Of a DNA stretch of 59,120 nt, positions 44,305-53,593 are shown piece by piece. This DNA comes from an uncultured Nitrosopumilales archaeon (GTDB taxonomy: Archaea; Thermoproteota; Nitrososphaeria; Nitrososphaerales; Gagatemarchaeaceae), in assembly GCA_964533695.1 (NCBI GenBank), contig CAZHNH010000112.1:1-59120 (forward strand), given 5' to 3'. Under the pieces are notes generated by a model, which was not told the origin of the DNA, searched no databases, and saw only the letters and a list, made by a program, of their open reading frames with translations. A program made the translations under genes and the position numbers. Each line of letters opens with the position of its first letter. The stretch's first letter is position 1.

Positions 44305-44701
44305 CTGGCGTGACGAAACGTACACGGACCTGGTCGACGCTGAGAAAAGGATTGACCGGCTGATCAAGGAGATCTCAGGAGAGCCAACGTCTGACCAGCT
44401 CCGGTCGGTTTGGCGGGCTTATCTTGAAGTTGAAAAGAGCATCCTCTTCATTAAGGTCGAAATCGACGAGGAGAATCCAGGCAGATTTGTCAAGTGGCGG
44501 GCATACTTAGTACCGGATGAAAGGCAGGCGCTTCAGTTCGCAATCAAGGGTCTGACCAAAGGGAGAGAGAATTTCGTGGCGGGGGATTACAAGGGGTCGC
44601 TTCATGACCTCCGCGAAGCTAGAAATTATCTAAGAGTCCTACTTAGGGCCAAACGCGTCGCAAGAAACAAGGCGGCAAGGAATCTCAGTGTGCCCGGCTA
44701 A
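44291..44701 (+). CDS. hypothetical all-helical protein
   Basis: 136 aa with a TTG start (the start is uncertain and overlaps the divergent gene start by 14 nt). The sequence is charged and helical. I recognise no family. Confidence 0.4.
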   Translation: MDVSIWRDETYTDLVDAEKRIDRLIKEISGEPTSDQLRSVWRAYLEVEKSILFIKVEIDEENPGRFVKWRAYLVPDERQALQFAIKGLTKGRENFVAGDYKGSLHDLREARNYLRVLLRAKRVARNKAARNLSVPG

Positions 44702-44722
44702 CAGGTTGGACGCCTGGGTGTC

Positions 44723-45160
44723 TTAGGTTGCCTTCTTGGCACGCTGCTTCTTCGCGGTTTTCTTGGCTGGTTTTTGTTCCTCCTGTTCTTGTTTGGCCGC
44801 CGGCTCTTCGGCTCCCTGCGCTGCGCCTTCCTCCTTGGTCGCGGAGGTCTTCTCTTCAGTCTTCGCTTTCTTCTCAGCTTCCTTCTTCTTTTCTTCCTCT
44901 TCTTTCTCGCTTGGTTCGATCTCTTGGATAGTGAGTTCACTTCCCGCAACGAAAACGCGGTATCTCTGCTTCACGCCTTTCATGTGCATGAACCGCTTGA
45001 TGTATGTCTTTACGTGCCTCGGTCGTACTCCCTGTTTTATTGATTCGTCCTCGACCTCTATCACGTCGCCTGATAATGAGGGCTTTGCCCCGACTCTGGG
45101 CTCCAAGAAAGACGCCAGATCTTCCTTCTGGTCCTTGAGTGTCCCGACGTTAATCTTCAA
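44723..45160 (-). CDS. small basic protein with eL22-like core and Lys/Glu-rich C-terminal tail
   Basis: 145 aa. LASFLEPRVGAKPSLSGDVIEV...RPRHVKTYIKRFMHMKGVKQRYRVFVAGSELTIQEI aligns by eye with the eukaryotic eL22 core ([25 protein letters not shown]...[34 protein letters not shown]). It is followed by an acidic and then basic low-complexity tail. Confidence 0.6.
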   Translation of the reverse strand: MKINVGTLKDQKEDLASFLEPRVGAKPSLSGDVIEVEDESIKQGVRPRHVKTYIKRFMHMKGVKQRYRVFVAGSELTIQEIEPSEKEEEEKKKEAEKKAKTEEKTSATKEEGAAQGAEEPAAKQEQEEQKPAKKTAKKQRAKKAT

Positions 45161-45201
45161 CTTGGAACACCCATTCCTTTTAGCAGTTATAACGGTTGTT
45201 G

Positions 45202-45984
45202 CTACTTCCCGTGCCGCCTGGTCCGTCTTTGATACGTCCTTATCGCCCTCATCAGGTCAATCTTGCGGAAGGCAGGCCAAAAAACGTCCATGAAGACGAG
45301 TTCAGAATAGGCGCCCTGCCACAGTAGGAACCCGCTCATCCTCTCCTCGCCCGATGTGCGGATGATTAGCTCTGGCTCTTGGTTTGGGAGATATGATGTG
45401 TAAAGTCTCCCGCCAATCGTATCTTCTGTGATTTCCTCGGGTGAGAGCCGACCGGCCTTGACATCTTGGGCTACCGCCTTCACCATGTCCGTTATCTCTG
45501 CTCTGCCTCCATAAGCCACTGCTATGTTCAGATAGTGATCCTCGTAGGCCGACGTCTTTACTTCTATGGCCGAAAGAAGGTCGCGGACTGATTGCGGAAG
45601 AAGGTCAAGCTTGCCGATGGCTCTTACCTTGACTTTGTATTTAACAATCCTCTGGTCGGAAAGCAGGCTCGCTAGCCGATGCTCGATCAGAGCAAAGAGT
45701 TCCAGGAGTTCTTCGACGTTTCTCTCGAGATTCTCCGTGGAGAGTACATAAAGTGTTACGGTTCTTATCCCAAGCTCGTGGCACCAGTCTAACAGTTCCT
45801 CGGCCCGGTTCGCGCCCTCTTCATGTCCTATGCCGTTGGCGAGGCCTTGGCTGGCTGCCCACCTTCTGTTTCCATCTAGGATGATGCCTACATGAGATGG
45901 GACCGGTTCGGCCTGGACTTGTGCGCTTAGCCTCCCTTCGTAGAGTCTGTAGGCTCCTACGACTCGCAGGATTGAGTCTAGCAT
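45202..45984 (-). CDS. uppS: cis-prenyltransferase (undecaprenyl/di-trans,poly-cis-polyprenyl diphosphate synthase)
   Basis: HVGIILDGNRRWA, LYVLSTENLER and RTSGEERMSGFLLWQ motifs. Confidence 0.9.
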   Translation of the reverse strand: MLDSILRVVGAYRLYEGRLSAQVQAEPVPSHVGIILDGNRRWAASQGLANGIGHEEGANRAEELLDWCHELGIRTVTLYVLSTENLERNVEELLELFALIEHRLASLLSDQRIVKYKVKVRAIGKLDLLPQSVRDLLSAIEVKTSAYEDHYLNIAVAYGGRAEITDMVKAVAQDVKAGRLSPEEITEDTIGGRLYTSYLPNQEPELIIRTSGEERMSGFLLWQGAYSELVFMDVFWPAFRKIDLMRAIRTYQRRTRRHGK

Positions 45985-45987
45985 GGG

Positions 45988-47112
45988 TTATTCCCTTTCG
46001 GGGGAGCCCTTTGATCTCACCCTCGGGTAAATTGCCATGGTCAAGGCGAAGATCGCGGCCATGCCGATCAGAACGTACGATATGAGGAGGAAGGTTGTCT
46101 CGGCGGTACCATTGATTAGGAACGACGAGAATGTCTCCACGGGAAGATAGAGTAGCGCAAGCATGACTAGTACGTAGCCGTCCCGCCTCCACCTCACGCT
46201 GTCCCTTGCTACGTGGGAGAGCAAGGCACCGATCGCGTATATTGCGATTCCGGACCAAACAAGGTTGAGGCTTCCACTAATCCAGTATCCAGCGAGCTTG
46301 CCACCGTAGACAAATATCTGTGAAGTGTCATTGTATACTCTTGCGGCGTCTCCCGGATCGCTGCGCAGCATGTTGCCATAACCAGTTGATATGCCCGCCA
46401 TTACGACAAGCACACTCGTCACCATTGAGAAGAGCCTCATATAGCCAGTCGGCCCTCTGTGCAGGAGGCCAGCGACTGTTCTATCCACGCCGAAGCCCCT
46501 TACAAAGAATGCACCCCCAAGTATTAATAGCGTAATTAGCTCGGCATCGAAGAACTGTCCGAGCGCTATCAGGATTCCTGCGAGAATCAGGATCAGTCCA
46601 GGGACTCCCAGGCTCCATCTCGAGTAGTGTGGATCGAAGACGAGCATCCGGAGGTAACGCCCTAAAATCTGGTAGGATTCTTCCACAGACTGGCTTTGCT
46701 TGACAGTCACCCTCTCTACGGAAACTATCGGCTTGAAACTCTGGATCAGAGGAATGACCTGCTCGTCTTCTCTTCCGTCAGACACGAACACGACCCCCGT
46801 ATAATCTGAGCTTCTGAGTACCCCCAGTATCTCTCTGCTGATTCTTCTGTCGGCTTCGAACCCTCTGTCTGCCTCTCCTGACACTATTGCAATTTCGCAC
46901 GACACTCCCTTCGACGTCAACTCGTCACACTTCTTTACTGCCGCAAAGATGGCGTTGGCATCCGCCTCCTCAGGGTCGGCAAGCGCAAGCTTCGTAGCTG
47001 CGGCCAGTGCGGCGTCTCTGCCGATTATTGGGCTTTGGATTCTTGTCTTGAGCCCGAGGTCGTCGTCCCTGTCTACGTTCAAAATCAAGAGGCGTTCAAG
47101 ATTATCCGACAT
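45988..47112 (-). CDS. DUF373-family archaeal membrane protein
   Basis: 374 aa. Soluble N-terminal domain (LILNVDRDDDLGLKTRIQSPIIGR...LADPEEADANAIF) followed by multiple TM helices. Confidence 0.7.
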   Translation of the reverse strand: MSDNLERLLILNVDRDDDLGLKTRIQSPIIGRDAALAAATKLALADPEEADANAIFAAVKKCDELTSKGVSCEIAIVSGEADRGFEADRRISREILGVLRSSDYTGVVFVSDGREDEQVIPLIQSFKPIVSVERVTVKQSQSVEESYQILGRYLRMLVFDPHYSRWSLGVPGLILILAGILIALGQFFDAELITLLILGGAFFVRGFGVDRTVAGLLHRGPTGYMRLFSMVTSVLVVMAGISTGYGNMLRSDPGDAARVYNDTSQIFVYGGKLAGYWISGSLNLVWSGIAIYAIGALLSHVARDSVRWRRDGYVLVMLALLYLPVETFSSFLINGTAETTFLLISYVLIGMAAIFALTMAIYPRVRSKGSPERE

Positions 47113-47238
47113 CCCAGTCTTGCTCTTGACAAGCCACGACTCTTAAGTCTAGGCCCGAAATTCAGACATACTTGCGCTGCGGAGTGCCCTCTTACCACAG
47201 CCGATCTCCACACTCTCAGTAGAATAAATGGGCAAGAC

Positions 47239-48426
47239 CTATTGTCCACGGCGCCGAACAATCATTGTCACAGCGTTTCCTCCGCCGAGGCACGCGGTTG
47301 CCAAGCCAGTCCGCTTCCCCGTCCTTGCCAAGCCGTAAAGAAGAGTAGTCAGGATTCTTGCGCCGCTGCACCCGAGAGGGTGTCCGAGAGCAATCGCTCC
47401 TCCGCTTATGTTGAACCTCCCTTCTGGGATCGCAAGCTCTCTCCTGACGGCGATTGACGCAGTCGAGTATGCTTCGTTATGTTCGAAGAGATCGATATCG
47501 CCCATGGTCATCCCTGACCTCTTCAACACGGACCTTGTTGTGGGGATTGGTGCCTCCATGACTCTGCCGGGTTCCACTCCACCGGTTCCATATGCAATGA
47601 TTTCCGCAAGGGGGATGACGCCCAATTCGCGTGCAGCCTCCTCCGACGCGACGACTACAGCAGCCGCTCCATCGCTCAGCTGAGATGAGTTCCCGGCCGT
47701 ACAGATGCCACCCTTCTTGAAGGCGGGTCTCAGCTTAGACAACTTTTCAATCGTCGTGTCGGGTCTCACACACTCATCCCTGTCGAAAACGACGGTTGCC
47801 TCGCCTTCTCTCTGGACACTGACTTTGACAATTTCATCCCTAAAGGCACCCGTATCGATCGCCTTCGCTGCCTTCATTTGGCTCTGGCAGGCGAATTCGT
47901 CGGCCTCAGACCTCGTAATTCCGTATCTCTTGGCAATGTTCTCGCCCGTCACACCCATGTGACAATTGTGATATGCGTCCCACAGACCGTCGAGAATCAT
48001 CGCGTCGAGAACTCGCGCATCACCAAGTCTGACTCCCCACCGCTCGCCTCTGAGAATGTGAGGAGAATTGCTCATATTCTCCATCCCGCCGGCGACGACG
48101 ACATCACAATCTCCGGCCTTGACTGCCTGAGCTGCCAGCATTACGGCTTTCAGCCCCGAACCACAGACCTTGTTGACCGTCACCGCCCCCACTCTGAAGG
48201 GGAGCCCGGCTGCGATTGAAGCCTGTCTTGCGGGGTTCTGGCCGAGACCTGCAGAGATGACATTCCCCATTATGACCTCGTCGACTTTCGACGGGGCTAG
48301 ATTCGCCCTCCTCAGTGCTTCTTTGACTACGACGGAACCGAGCTCTGGGGCGCTTACACCCACGAGGCTCCTTCCAAACTTACCTGTAGCTGTTCTGCAG
48401 GCGGAAACGACTACCGGCTTCCCCAT
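47239..48426 (-). CDS. acetyl-CoA C-acetyltransferase (canonical thiolase II)
   Basis: All catalytic signatures are present: VNKVCGSGLKAV (nucleophile Cys), NEAYS, ALGHPLGCSG (His) and ATACLGGGNAV (second Cys). I use the ATG at 48426; the longer ORF would overlap the ilvE start. Confidence 0.9.
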   Translation of the reverse strand: MGKPVVVSACRTATGKFGRSLVGVSAPELGSVVVKEALRRANLAPSKVDEVIMGNVISAGLGQNPARQASIAAGLPFRVGAVTVNKVCGSGLKAVMLAAQAVKAGDCDVVVAGGMENMSNSPHILRGERWGVRLGDARVLDAMILDGLWDAYHNCHMGVTGENIAKRYGITRSEADEFACQSQMKAAKAIDTGAFRDEIVKVSVQREGEATVVFDRDECVRPDTTIEKLSKLRPAFKKGGICTAGNSSQLSDGAAAVVVASEEAARELGVIPLAEIIAYGTGGVEPGRVMEAPIPTTRSVLKRSGMTMGDIDLFEHNEAYSTASIAVRRELAIPEGRFNISGGAIALGHPLGCSGARILTTLLYGLARTGKRTGLATACLGGGNAVTMIVRRRGQ

Positions 48427-48520
48427 ATGCACTGAGGGTCTCTCAAATCGATAATAAACGGAATGTTCGGTAAAAAGCTGTATCCCTAAATAGCTTCGAA
48501 TTAGGGGCCGAACCCAAGGC

Positions 48521-49438
48521 ATGAAGGCTCTCAAGAAAATATGGATGGATGGCAAGTTCGTCGACTGGAACGATGCGAAGATTCACGTCCTAACACACGG
48601 CCTTCACTATGGTTATGCTGTCTTTGAAGGCATGCGGTGTTTCGCTACCCCGGATGGGCCAGCAATCTTCAGGTTGGATGAACATGTCGAACGATTTCTC
48701 AACAGTGCGAAGATTTACCGTATGGACATGGGGTTCTCTGCGAAGGAGCTGAACGAGGCCTGCGTCGATTTGGTCCGCGAGAACCGCATTCCGGAGTCCT
48801 ACATCCGTCCCATCGCCTTCAGCGCGTACGGCGAAATGGGATTGAATCCGATGAACAACGAGATCTCCGTAGCCATCGCATCTTGGGAGTGGGGCCCATA
48901 TCTCGGAAAGGAGGGCGCCGACCAGGGGGTCCGCGCAGTCGTCTCAAGTTGGGCAAGGATCGACTCAAGGGCACTCCCTGTCCAGGCAAAGTGCGCTGCT
49001 AACTACGCCAACTCCGCACTGGCGAAGATGGAGGCCATCTCTTCAGGCTACGATGAGGCTATAATTCTGAACACACACGGCATGGTTGCGGAGGGCCCCG
49101 GTGAAAACATCTTCCGTCTGAAGGATGAGGTGCTCAGTACACCGCCTGCCAGCTCTGGAATCCTCAGAGGAATCACCAGGGACACGGTCATACGGTTCGC
49201 ACGCGACACTCGCGTGAAGTTCTACAGAAACGACTCGACAAGGGAGGAGCTCTATACTTCGGACGAGCTCTTTTTCAGCGGGACCGCCGCCGGCATAGCC
49301 AAGGTCAGGGAGGTCGATGGCAGGAAGATTGGGAATGGCGTTTACCCAATAACGGACAGGCTAAGGAAGCTGTATGACCAGGTTGTCCACGGCAAGGTCA
49401 AGCGCTATTCGAAGTGGCTTACGACGGTGAAGGCCTGA
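48521..49438 (+). CDS. ilvE: branched-chain amino acid aminotransferase
   Basis: 305 aa, fold-type IV. Motifs HGLHYGYAVFEGMR, EGPGENIF and GITR. Confidence 0.9.
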   Translation: MKALKKIWMDGKFVDWNDAKIHVLTHGLHYGYAVFEGMRCFATPDGPAIFRLDEHVERFLNSAKIYRMDMGFSAKELNEACVDLVRENRIPESYIRPIAFSAYGEMGLNPMNNEISVAIASWEWGPYLGKEGADQGVRAVVSSWARIDSRALPVQAKCAANYANSALAKMEAISSGYDEAIILNTHGMVAEGPGENIFRLKDEVLSTPPASSGILRGITRDTVIRFARDTRVKFYRNDSTREELYTSDELFFSGTAAGIAKVREVDGRKIGNGVYPITDRLRKLYDQVVHGKVKRYSKWLTTVKA

Positions 49439-49439
49439 A

Positions 49440-49907
49440 TCACGCCTTCACGAATCCCTCTACATCGAGCAGCGTACCCTTCCGTTTCCCTTGTGGCTTG
49501 AACACTGGGAGCACCTTTGTGCCGATCTTGAGGCCGGGCACGGACGCGGTGTGTATGATGCCACCGGTGACACCCTTGAAGGCGACGAAGAGAAATGTCT
49601 TTGGCTTCGCAAGTCGCTCCCCGCCAAAGCCTACGCTGCTATGCGCGACCGCTGCGACCACTCCTTCCGGGCCTACTTCCCTGTATCTGTTGATTTCGAG
49701 GTAGCAGTCGACGCAGTACACCTTGGGCGGGACATATCTCTTCCCGCACTTTGAACACTCTGCGGCGAGTATCTTCCCTGCCTGAAGGCCTCGCAGGAAG
49801 CGCTCTCCGGCCAGCCCCGCAGTGTATTCGTAGTGGAATGGAATCTGGTCTTTCCATGACCTGAGCCCTTCGATGCTCGTAATCCTTTCCTTTAGTGGCA
49901 AGCTCAT
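49440..49907 (-). CDS. DUF35 OB-fold/Zn-ribbon protein
   Basis: 155 aa with FLRGLQAGKILAAECSKCGKRYVPPKVYCVDC, followed by an OB-fold segment. Confidence 0.85.
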   Translation of the reverse strand: MSLPLKERITSIEGLRSWKDQIPFHYEYTAGLAGERFLRGLQAGKILAAECSKCGKRYVPPKVYCVDCYLEINRYREVGPEGVVAAVAHSSVGFGGERLAKPKTFLFVAFKGVTGGIIHTASVPGLKIGTKVLPVFKPQGKRKGTLLDVEGFVKA

Positions 49908-50419
49908 CTCCTCGGTCTGAAGTACCTTATGTCCGTGATTGCTCCCTCCCGCTTCGCCTTCGGCTTCCAGACCGCTTCTACCTTCATCCCGATTTGAACC
50001 TTCCGTGGTTCGATTTGGTCAAGCAGGTGAAGAATGCCCATCCCCTGTGAGGCGCCGTCGATATCAACGACAGCGACGATTATCGGCCTTTTCCGCCTGC
50101 TTGCGTCATTGTTGACATAGCTGACGGAGAAGGTGTTCACGACACCCGTGTCCTTTACCCTGACCCATTCATCCGTCGGAACGAAGTCCTCCTCGCAGTA
50201 CGCGCGGGGTGGGATAAGAATGCGACGGCACTTCGCGCACTTCAGTCCCCAGATCTCTCCCTCCCTGAGGCCGTCCAGGAATCTGCTTATTGCGACGCCA
50301 GATGTCCACGAGTACCGCAGCACCGTCTCGTATCGCATGACTAGGAAGCGTTCCGCTTCTATGTCGCTCAGGCTCAGCTCGGTCCCCGGATATGCCCGTA
50401 TCTTGGAACTCAATCTCAC
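49904..50419 (-). CDS. DUF35 OB-fold protein with degenerate Zn ribbon
   Basis: FLDGLREGEIWGLKCAKCRRILIPPRAYCEEDF; the second CxxC is reduced to a single Cys. I chose the GTG at 50419 because the longer ORF (to 50527) overlaps the ligase 3' end. An ATG at 50338 is also possible. Confidence 0.75.
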   Translation of the reverse strand: MRLSSKIRAYPGTELSLSDIEAERFLVMRYETVLRYSWTSGVAISRFLDGLREGEIWGLKCAKCRRILIPPRAYCEEDFVPTDEWVRVKDTGVVNTFSVSYVNNDASRRKRPIIVAVVDIDGASQGMGILHLLDQIEPRKVQIGMKVEAVWKPKAKREGAITDIRYFRPRR

Positions 50420-50444
50420 TTCAGCGCTCTGGGAGGACCTGATT

Positions 50445-52424
50445 TCAAACTTTCCTAACGACCCCCATCCGCCTCGCGAGCTCCACGTAGTACTCAAGGG
50501 CCGCAGGATCGGCGAGCGCGCCAGCACTCACAGCCTTCGTCGGGTCGGCACCCATGAATATCTTCTTGACAGGGACTTCAAGCTTCTTTCCGTTAAGGGT
50601 CCGTGGGACTGACGGTACTTCGATTATTTCGTCGGGGACGTACCTTGGCGATATGTCCGCCTTCACTTTCGCCCTTATCTTCGAGACCAGGGCTTGATCA
50701 AGTTCTCGCCCCAGCGAGGGGACTACAAACAGCAGCAGCCTAGGCTGTCCGTCAGGTGTCTCGACGTCTACCGCCACGCAGTCAGATACTTCAGGCATTG
50801 ACTCGACTGCGCGGTAGATCTCGCTGGTTCCGATTCTCACGCCCATCCTCTTTATTGTGGCATCAGACCGGCCGTAGATTATGCAGCTCCCTCTTCCAGT
50901 CAGTTCAATCCAGTCGCCGTGGCGCCACACTCCGGGAAAGACCTCGAAGTAACTCTCGCGATATCGGCTCCCGTCGGAGTCGCCCCACAGATACAAAGGC
51001 ATGCTCGGCATGGGCCTCGTGATAACTAGCTCGCCGACCTCGCCGGTGACAGGCTTCCCCGCTTCGTTGAACGCGTGAACCGCCGCACCTAGGCATCTGC
51101 ACTGAATCTCTCCGGCGTAGACAGGTAAGGTTGGGGATCCACCGACGAATGCCGTGCATACGTCTGTCCCACCGCTTATCGAGGCGAGCCAAAGGTCTTC
51201 CTTTACACCCGCGTAGACCCACCTTGACGCTTCAGGGGAGAGCGGAGACCCCGTGGACCCCACGCCCTTGAGCTTCTCCAGTCTGTGCGTGCTGCGAGGC
51301 TGGATTCCTGACTTCATGCACGCGCCGAGATGGGCAGCGCTCGTGCCCAAGAAGGTCACGCCATTCTTCTCTGCGAGGCTCCACAATGAATTGTGGTCAG
51401 GGTACGTTGGGTTCCCGTCGTAGAGAACGACCGTCGTCCCGAGCATCAGCGCGGAAACGAGGTAGTTCCACATCATCCAGCCGGTAGTAGTGAACCAGAA
51501 GAATCTGTCACCTGACCCGAGATCGTTGTGGAGAGAAAGGACCTTCAGGTGTTCGAGGAGGATTCCTCCATGCCCGTGCACAATCGGCTTGGGGAGCCCG
51601 GTAGTGCCAGAAGAGTACAGAATCCAGAGTGGATGCCCGAACGGAACCCTTACGAACTCCAGCTTCTCCTTTCCCCGTGTGATCTCTTCCCATTCGACTG
51701 TCCTCCCGACGCCCTCTGGCCTAGCGGATCCTGAAGTCAGAACCGTCGCCTCGAGAGATGGCAGGGCGGATACGACGTCCTTCACGGTGTCTCTCTTGTC
51801 GAACTCCTTCCCGCCGTATCTGTAGCCCGTTGAGGCAACCAGAACCTTCGGGCGAATTTGCTTGAACCTGTCTTTAACGCTCGGTGCCCCAAAGTCAGGC
51901 GAGCAGCCCGACCAGATTGCACCGACACTTGCAGCGGCCAGCATCGAGACAACGCTTTCAGGGACGTTAAGGATGTAACCAGCGACCCTGTCTCCCTTAC
52001 TTACGCCCAGACGTTCGAATGCGGCGGCAGCCGAGGCCACTTGTCGCCTCAGCTCCGTCCAGCTGATCTCCCTAGTCTCTCCGGACTCGTCGGCATGGAT
52101 TATGGCGGGACCAGAGGAGCCGTTCGGTCTGAGTGCGTGTTCCGCGTAGTTCAGCGCTGTTCCATCGAACCAAGTTGCCCCGGGCATTCTTGTGTCAGAG
52201 ATCGCACTCGTATAATCTCCACTCGACACCACCTTCCCGTTTTCCCACACGGCCCTCCAGAAAGGGTCAAGGCTGTCAACCGACCATCTCCACACCGCTT
52301 CGTAATCGGCTCGAGCGTGAGGCTTACCCGGGAAATGTGTGTCTATGAACTTCGTTATGTTCGAGTCCTTTATCCGGCGCGCATTAGGCTCCCATAGCGG
52401 TGAAGGATGCCCCAGAGAGGACAT
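50445..52424 (-). CDS. acetoacetyl-CoA synthetase-like acyl-CoA ligase (AMP-forming)
   Basis: 659 aa. The N-terminus PLWEPNARRIKDSNITKFID...YEAVWRWSVDSLDPFW is typical of acetoacetate-CoA ligases. AMP-binding motifs YSSGTTGLPK and GRSDATIK are present. Confidence 0.9.
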   Translation of the reverse strand: MSSLGHPSPLWEPNARRIKDSNITKFIDTHFPGKPHARADYEAVWRWSVDSLDPFWRAVWENGKVVSSGDYTSAISDTRMPGATWFDGTALNYAEHALRPNGSSGPAIIHADESGETREISWTELRRQVASAAAAFERLGVSKGDRVAGYILNVPESVVSMLAAASVGAIWSGCSPDFGAPSVKDRFKQIRPKVLVASTGYRYGGKEFDKRDTVKDVVSALPSLEATVLTSGSARPEGVGRTVEWEEITRGKEKLEFVRVPFGHPLWILYSSGTTGLPKPIVHGHGGILLEHLKVLSLHNDLGSGDRFFWFTTTGWMMWNYLVSALMLGTTVVLYDGNPTYPDHNSLWSLAEKNGVTFLGTSAAHLGACMKSGIQPRSTHRLEKLKGVGSTGSPLSPEASRWVYAGVKEDLWLASISGGTDVCTAFVGGSPTLPVYAGEIQCRCLGAAVHAFNEAGKPVTGEVGELVITRPMPSMPLYLWGDSDGSRYRESYFEVFPGVWRHGDWIELTGRGSCIIYGRSDATIKRMGVRIGTSEIYRAVESMPEVSDCVAVDVETPDGQPRLLLFVVPSLGRELDQALVSKIRAKVKADISPRYVPDEIIEVPSVPRTLNGKKLEVPVKKIFMGADPTKAVSAGALADPAALEYYVELARRMGVVRKV

Positions 52425-52431
52425 GAGCCTT

Positions 52432-53589
52432 CTACCTTCTCATTGTTATTACTGTCCCGACTTGTAGGAGGTCTCCCCATGCCTGCGCAAGTCCCCTGTT
52501 GACGTCCTTCTTCACTTGCCTCTTGCCGGCCTCCCCTCGCAACTGCCAGAACAACTCACAGGCTTTCATCGTACCCGCTGCGGCGATAGGGTTCCCTACG
52601 CCGAGGAGGCCTCCTGACGGGTTGATTGGAAGGTCGCCGTCGCGCTGGGTGACGCCCTCACGGGTTAGCTTGGGGGCCTCCCCCTTGTCCGCGAGGAGGA
52701 CGCCCTCCATATGATGGAGTTCCTTGTAGTCGAATGGGTCGTAGACCTCCGCGAAGTCAATTTGCTTCTTCGGATTGTCTATCTTTGCCATCCGATACGC
52801 CATGCGAGCGGCGGCCTCGACGTACCTAGGATAGTAGAGGTCTCGGTTGGTCCAATACTGTGTATCGACGTTCCAACCCACGCCGTCTATCCAGACCGGG
52901 TCGTCGGTATACTTCTTGACCACGTCTTCAGACACAAGCATCAGTGCGGCCGCTCCGTCCGAAGTGGGTGAAACATCTAGTCGTTTCACGGGAAGGCAAA
53001 TCGGTTCGCTTTTCATCACGTCCTCCACCGTGATCCTGGCAGGCAGCTGCGCGCATGGGTGGTCCATCGCATTTCCCTTGTTCTTGACAGACACAAGAGC
53101 GATGTCCTCCTCTTTCACGTTATGGACCGCCATGTATCGTCTCATCTCAAGGGAGAAGATCCAGAGTAGGGTCACACCTAACGGCCTCTCCAGTGTATGG
53201 TCGAATATGCTCCAGAAAGCGTACTGAGGATGCGGATGAAGCGGGGACATCTTTTCTTCGGCCACTACGAGGCATGTGTCGAAGAGTCCTGAGGCCACGT
53301 GCCACCAGCCCGCAACCGGTACGAACACCCCCGTCCCTCCTCCGACGTACACCCGGCTGTACGGTCTGTTGGTCCCTCCAGCGCCGTCCATGAGGTACTC
53401 CCCCTTCATGTGGATCCCGTCAAAAGCGTCAGGAGCTGTTCCCAAGACCACAGATTCGACGTCCTTGATTTCCATCTTCGCAGAGTCGAGTGCCATTCTA
53501 CTTGCCTCGAAGGCCAGCTCCCTCCCTGTCTCCAGCATCCTGCGTCTGAACTTCGTCATCCCGGCGCCGACTACAGCAACTCTCTTCAT
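52432..53589 (-). CDS. thiolase-fold (SCP2-thiolase-like) protein lacking the canonical Cys and His
   Basis: 385 aa with KRVAVVGAGMTKF at the N-terminus. Gly occupies the nucleophile position (RVYVGGGTGVF where thiolases have A-C-x-S-G). Asn occupies the His position (NPSGGLLGVGNPIAAAG). Confidence 0.85.
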   Translation of the reverse strand: MKRVAVVGAGMTKFRRRMLETGRELAFEASRMALDSAKMEIKDVESVVLGTAPDAFDGIHMKGEYLMDGAGGTNRPYSRVYVGGGTGVFVPVAGWWHVASGLFDTCLVVAEEKMSPLHPHPQYAFWSIFDHTLERPLGVTLLWIFSLEMRRYMAVHNVKEEDIALVSVKNKGNAMDHPCAQLPARITVEDVMKSEPICLPVKRLDVSPTSDGAAALMLVSEDVVKKYTDDPVWIDGVGWNVDTQYWTNRDLYYPRYVEAAARMAYRMAKIDNPKKQIDFAEVYDPFDYKELHHMEGVLLADKGEAPKLTREGVTQRDGDLPINPSGGLLGVGNPIAAAGTMKACELFWQLRGEAGKRQVKKDVNRGLAQAWGDLLQVGTVITMRR

Positions 53590-53593
53590 GATC

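Noticed and set aside
44698-45293. Several overlapping ORFs (44698-44949 minus, 44728-44931, 44736-45293 and 44774-45043 plus)
   Set aside because: These are alternative-frame or antisense readings of the Lys/Glu-rich tail region of the eL22-like gene. Low-complexity repeats keep all frames open. Only the 44723-45160 frame has a structured, homology-supported N-terminal domain.
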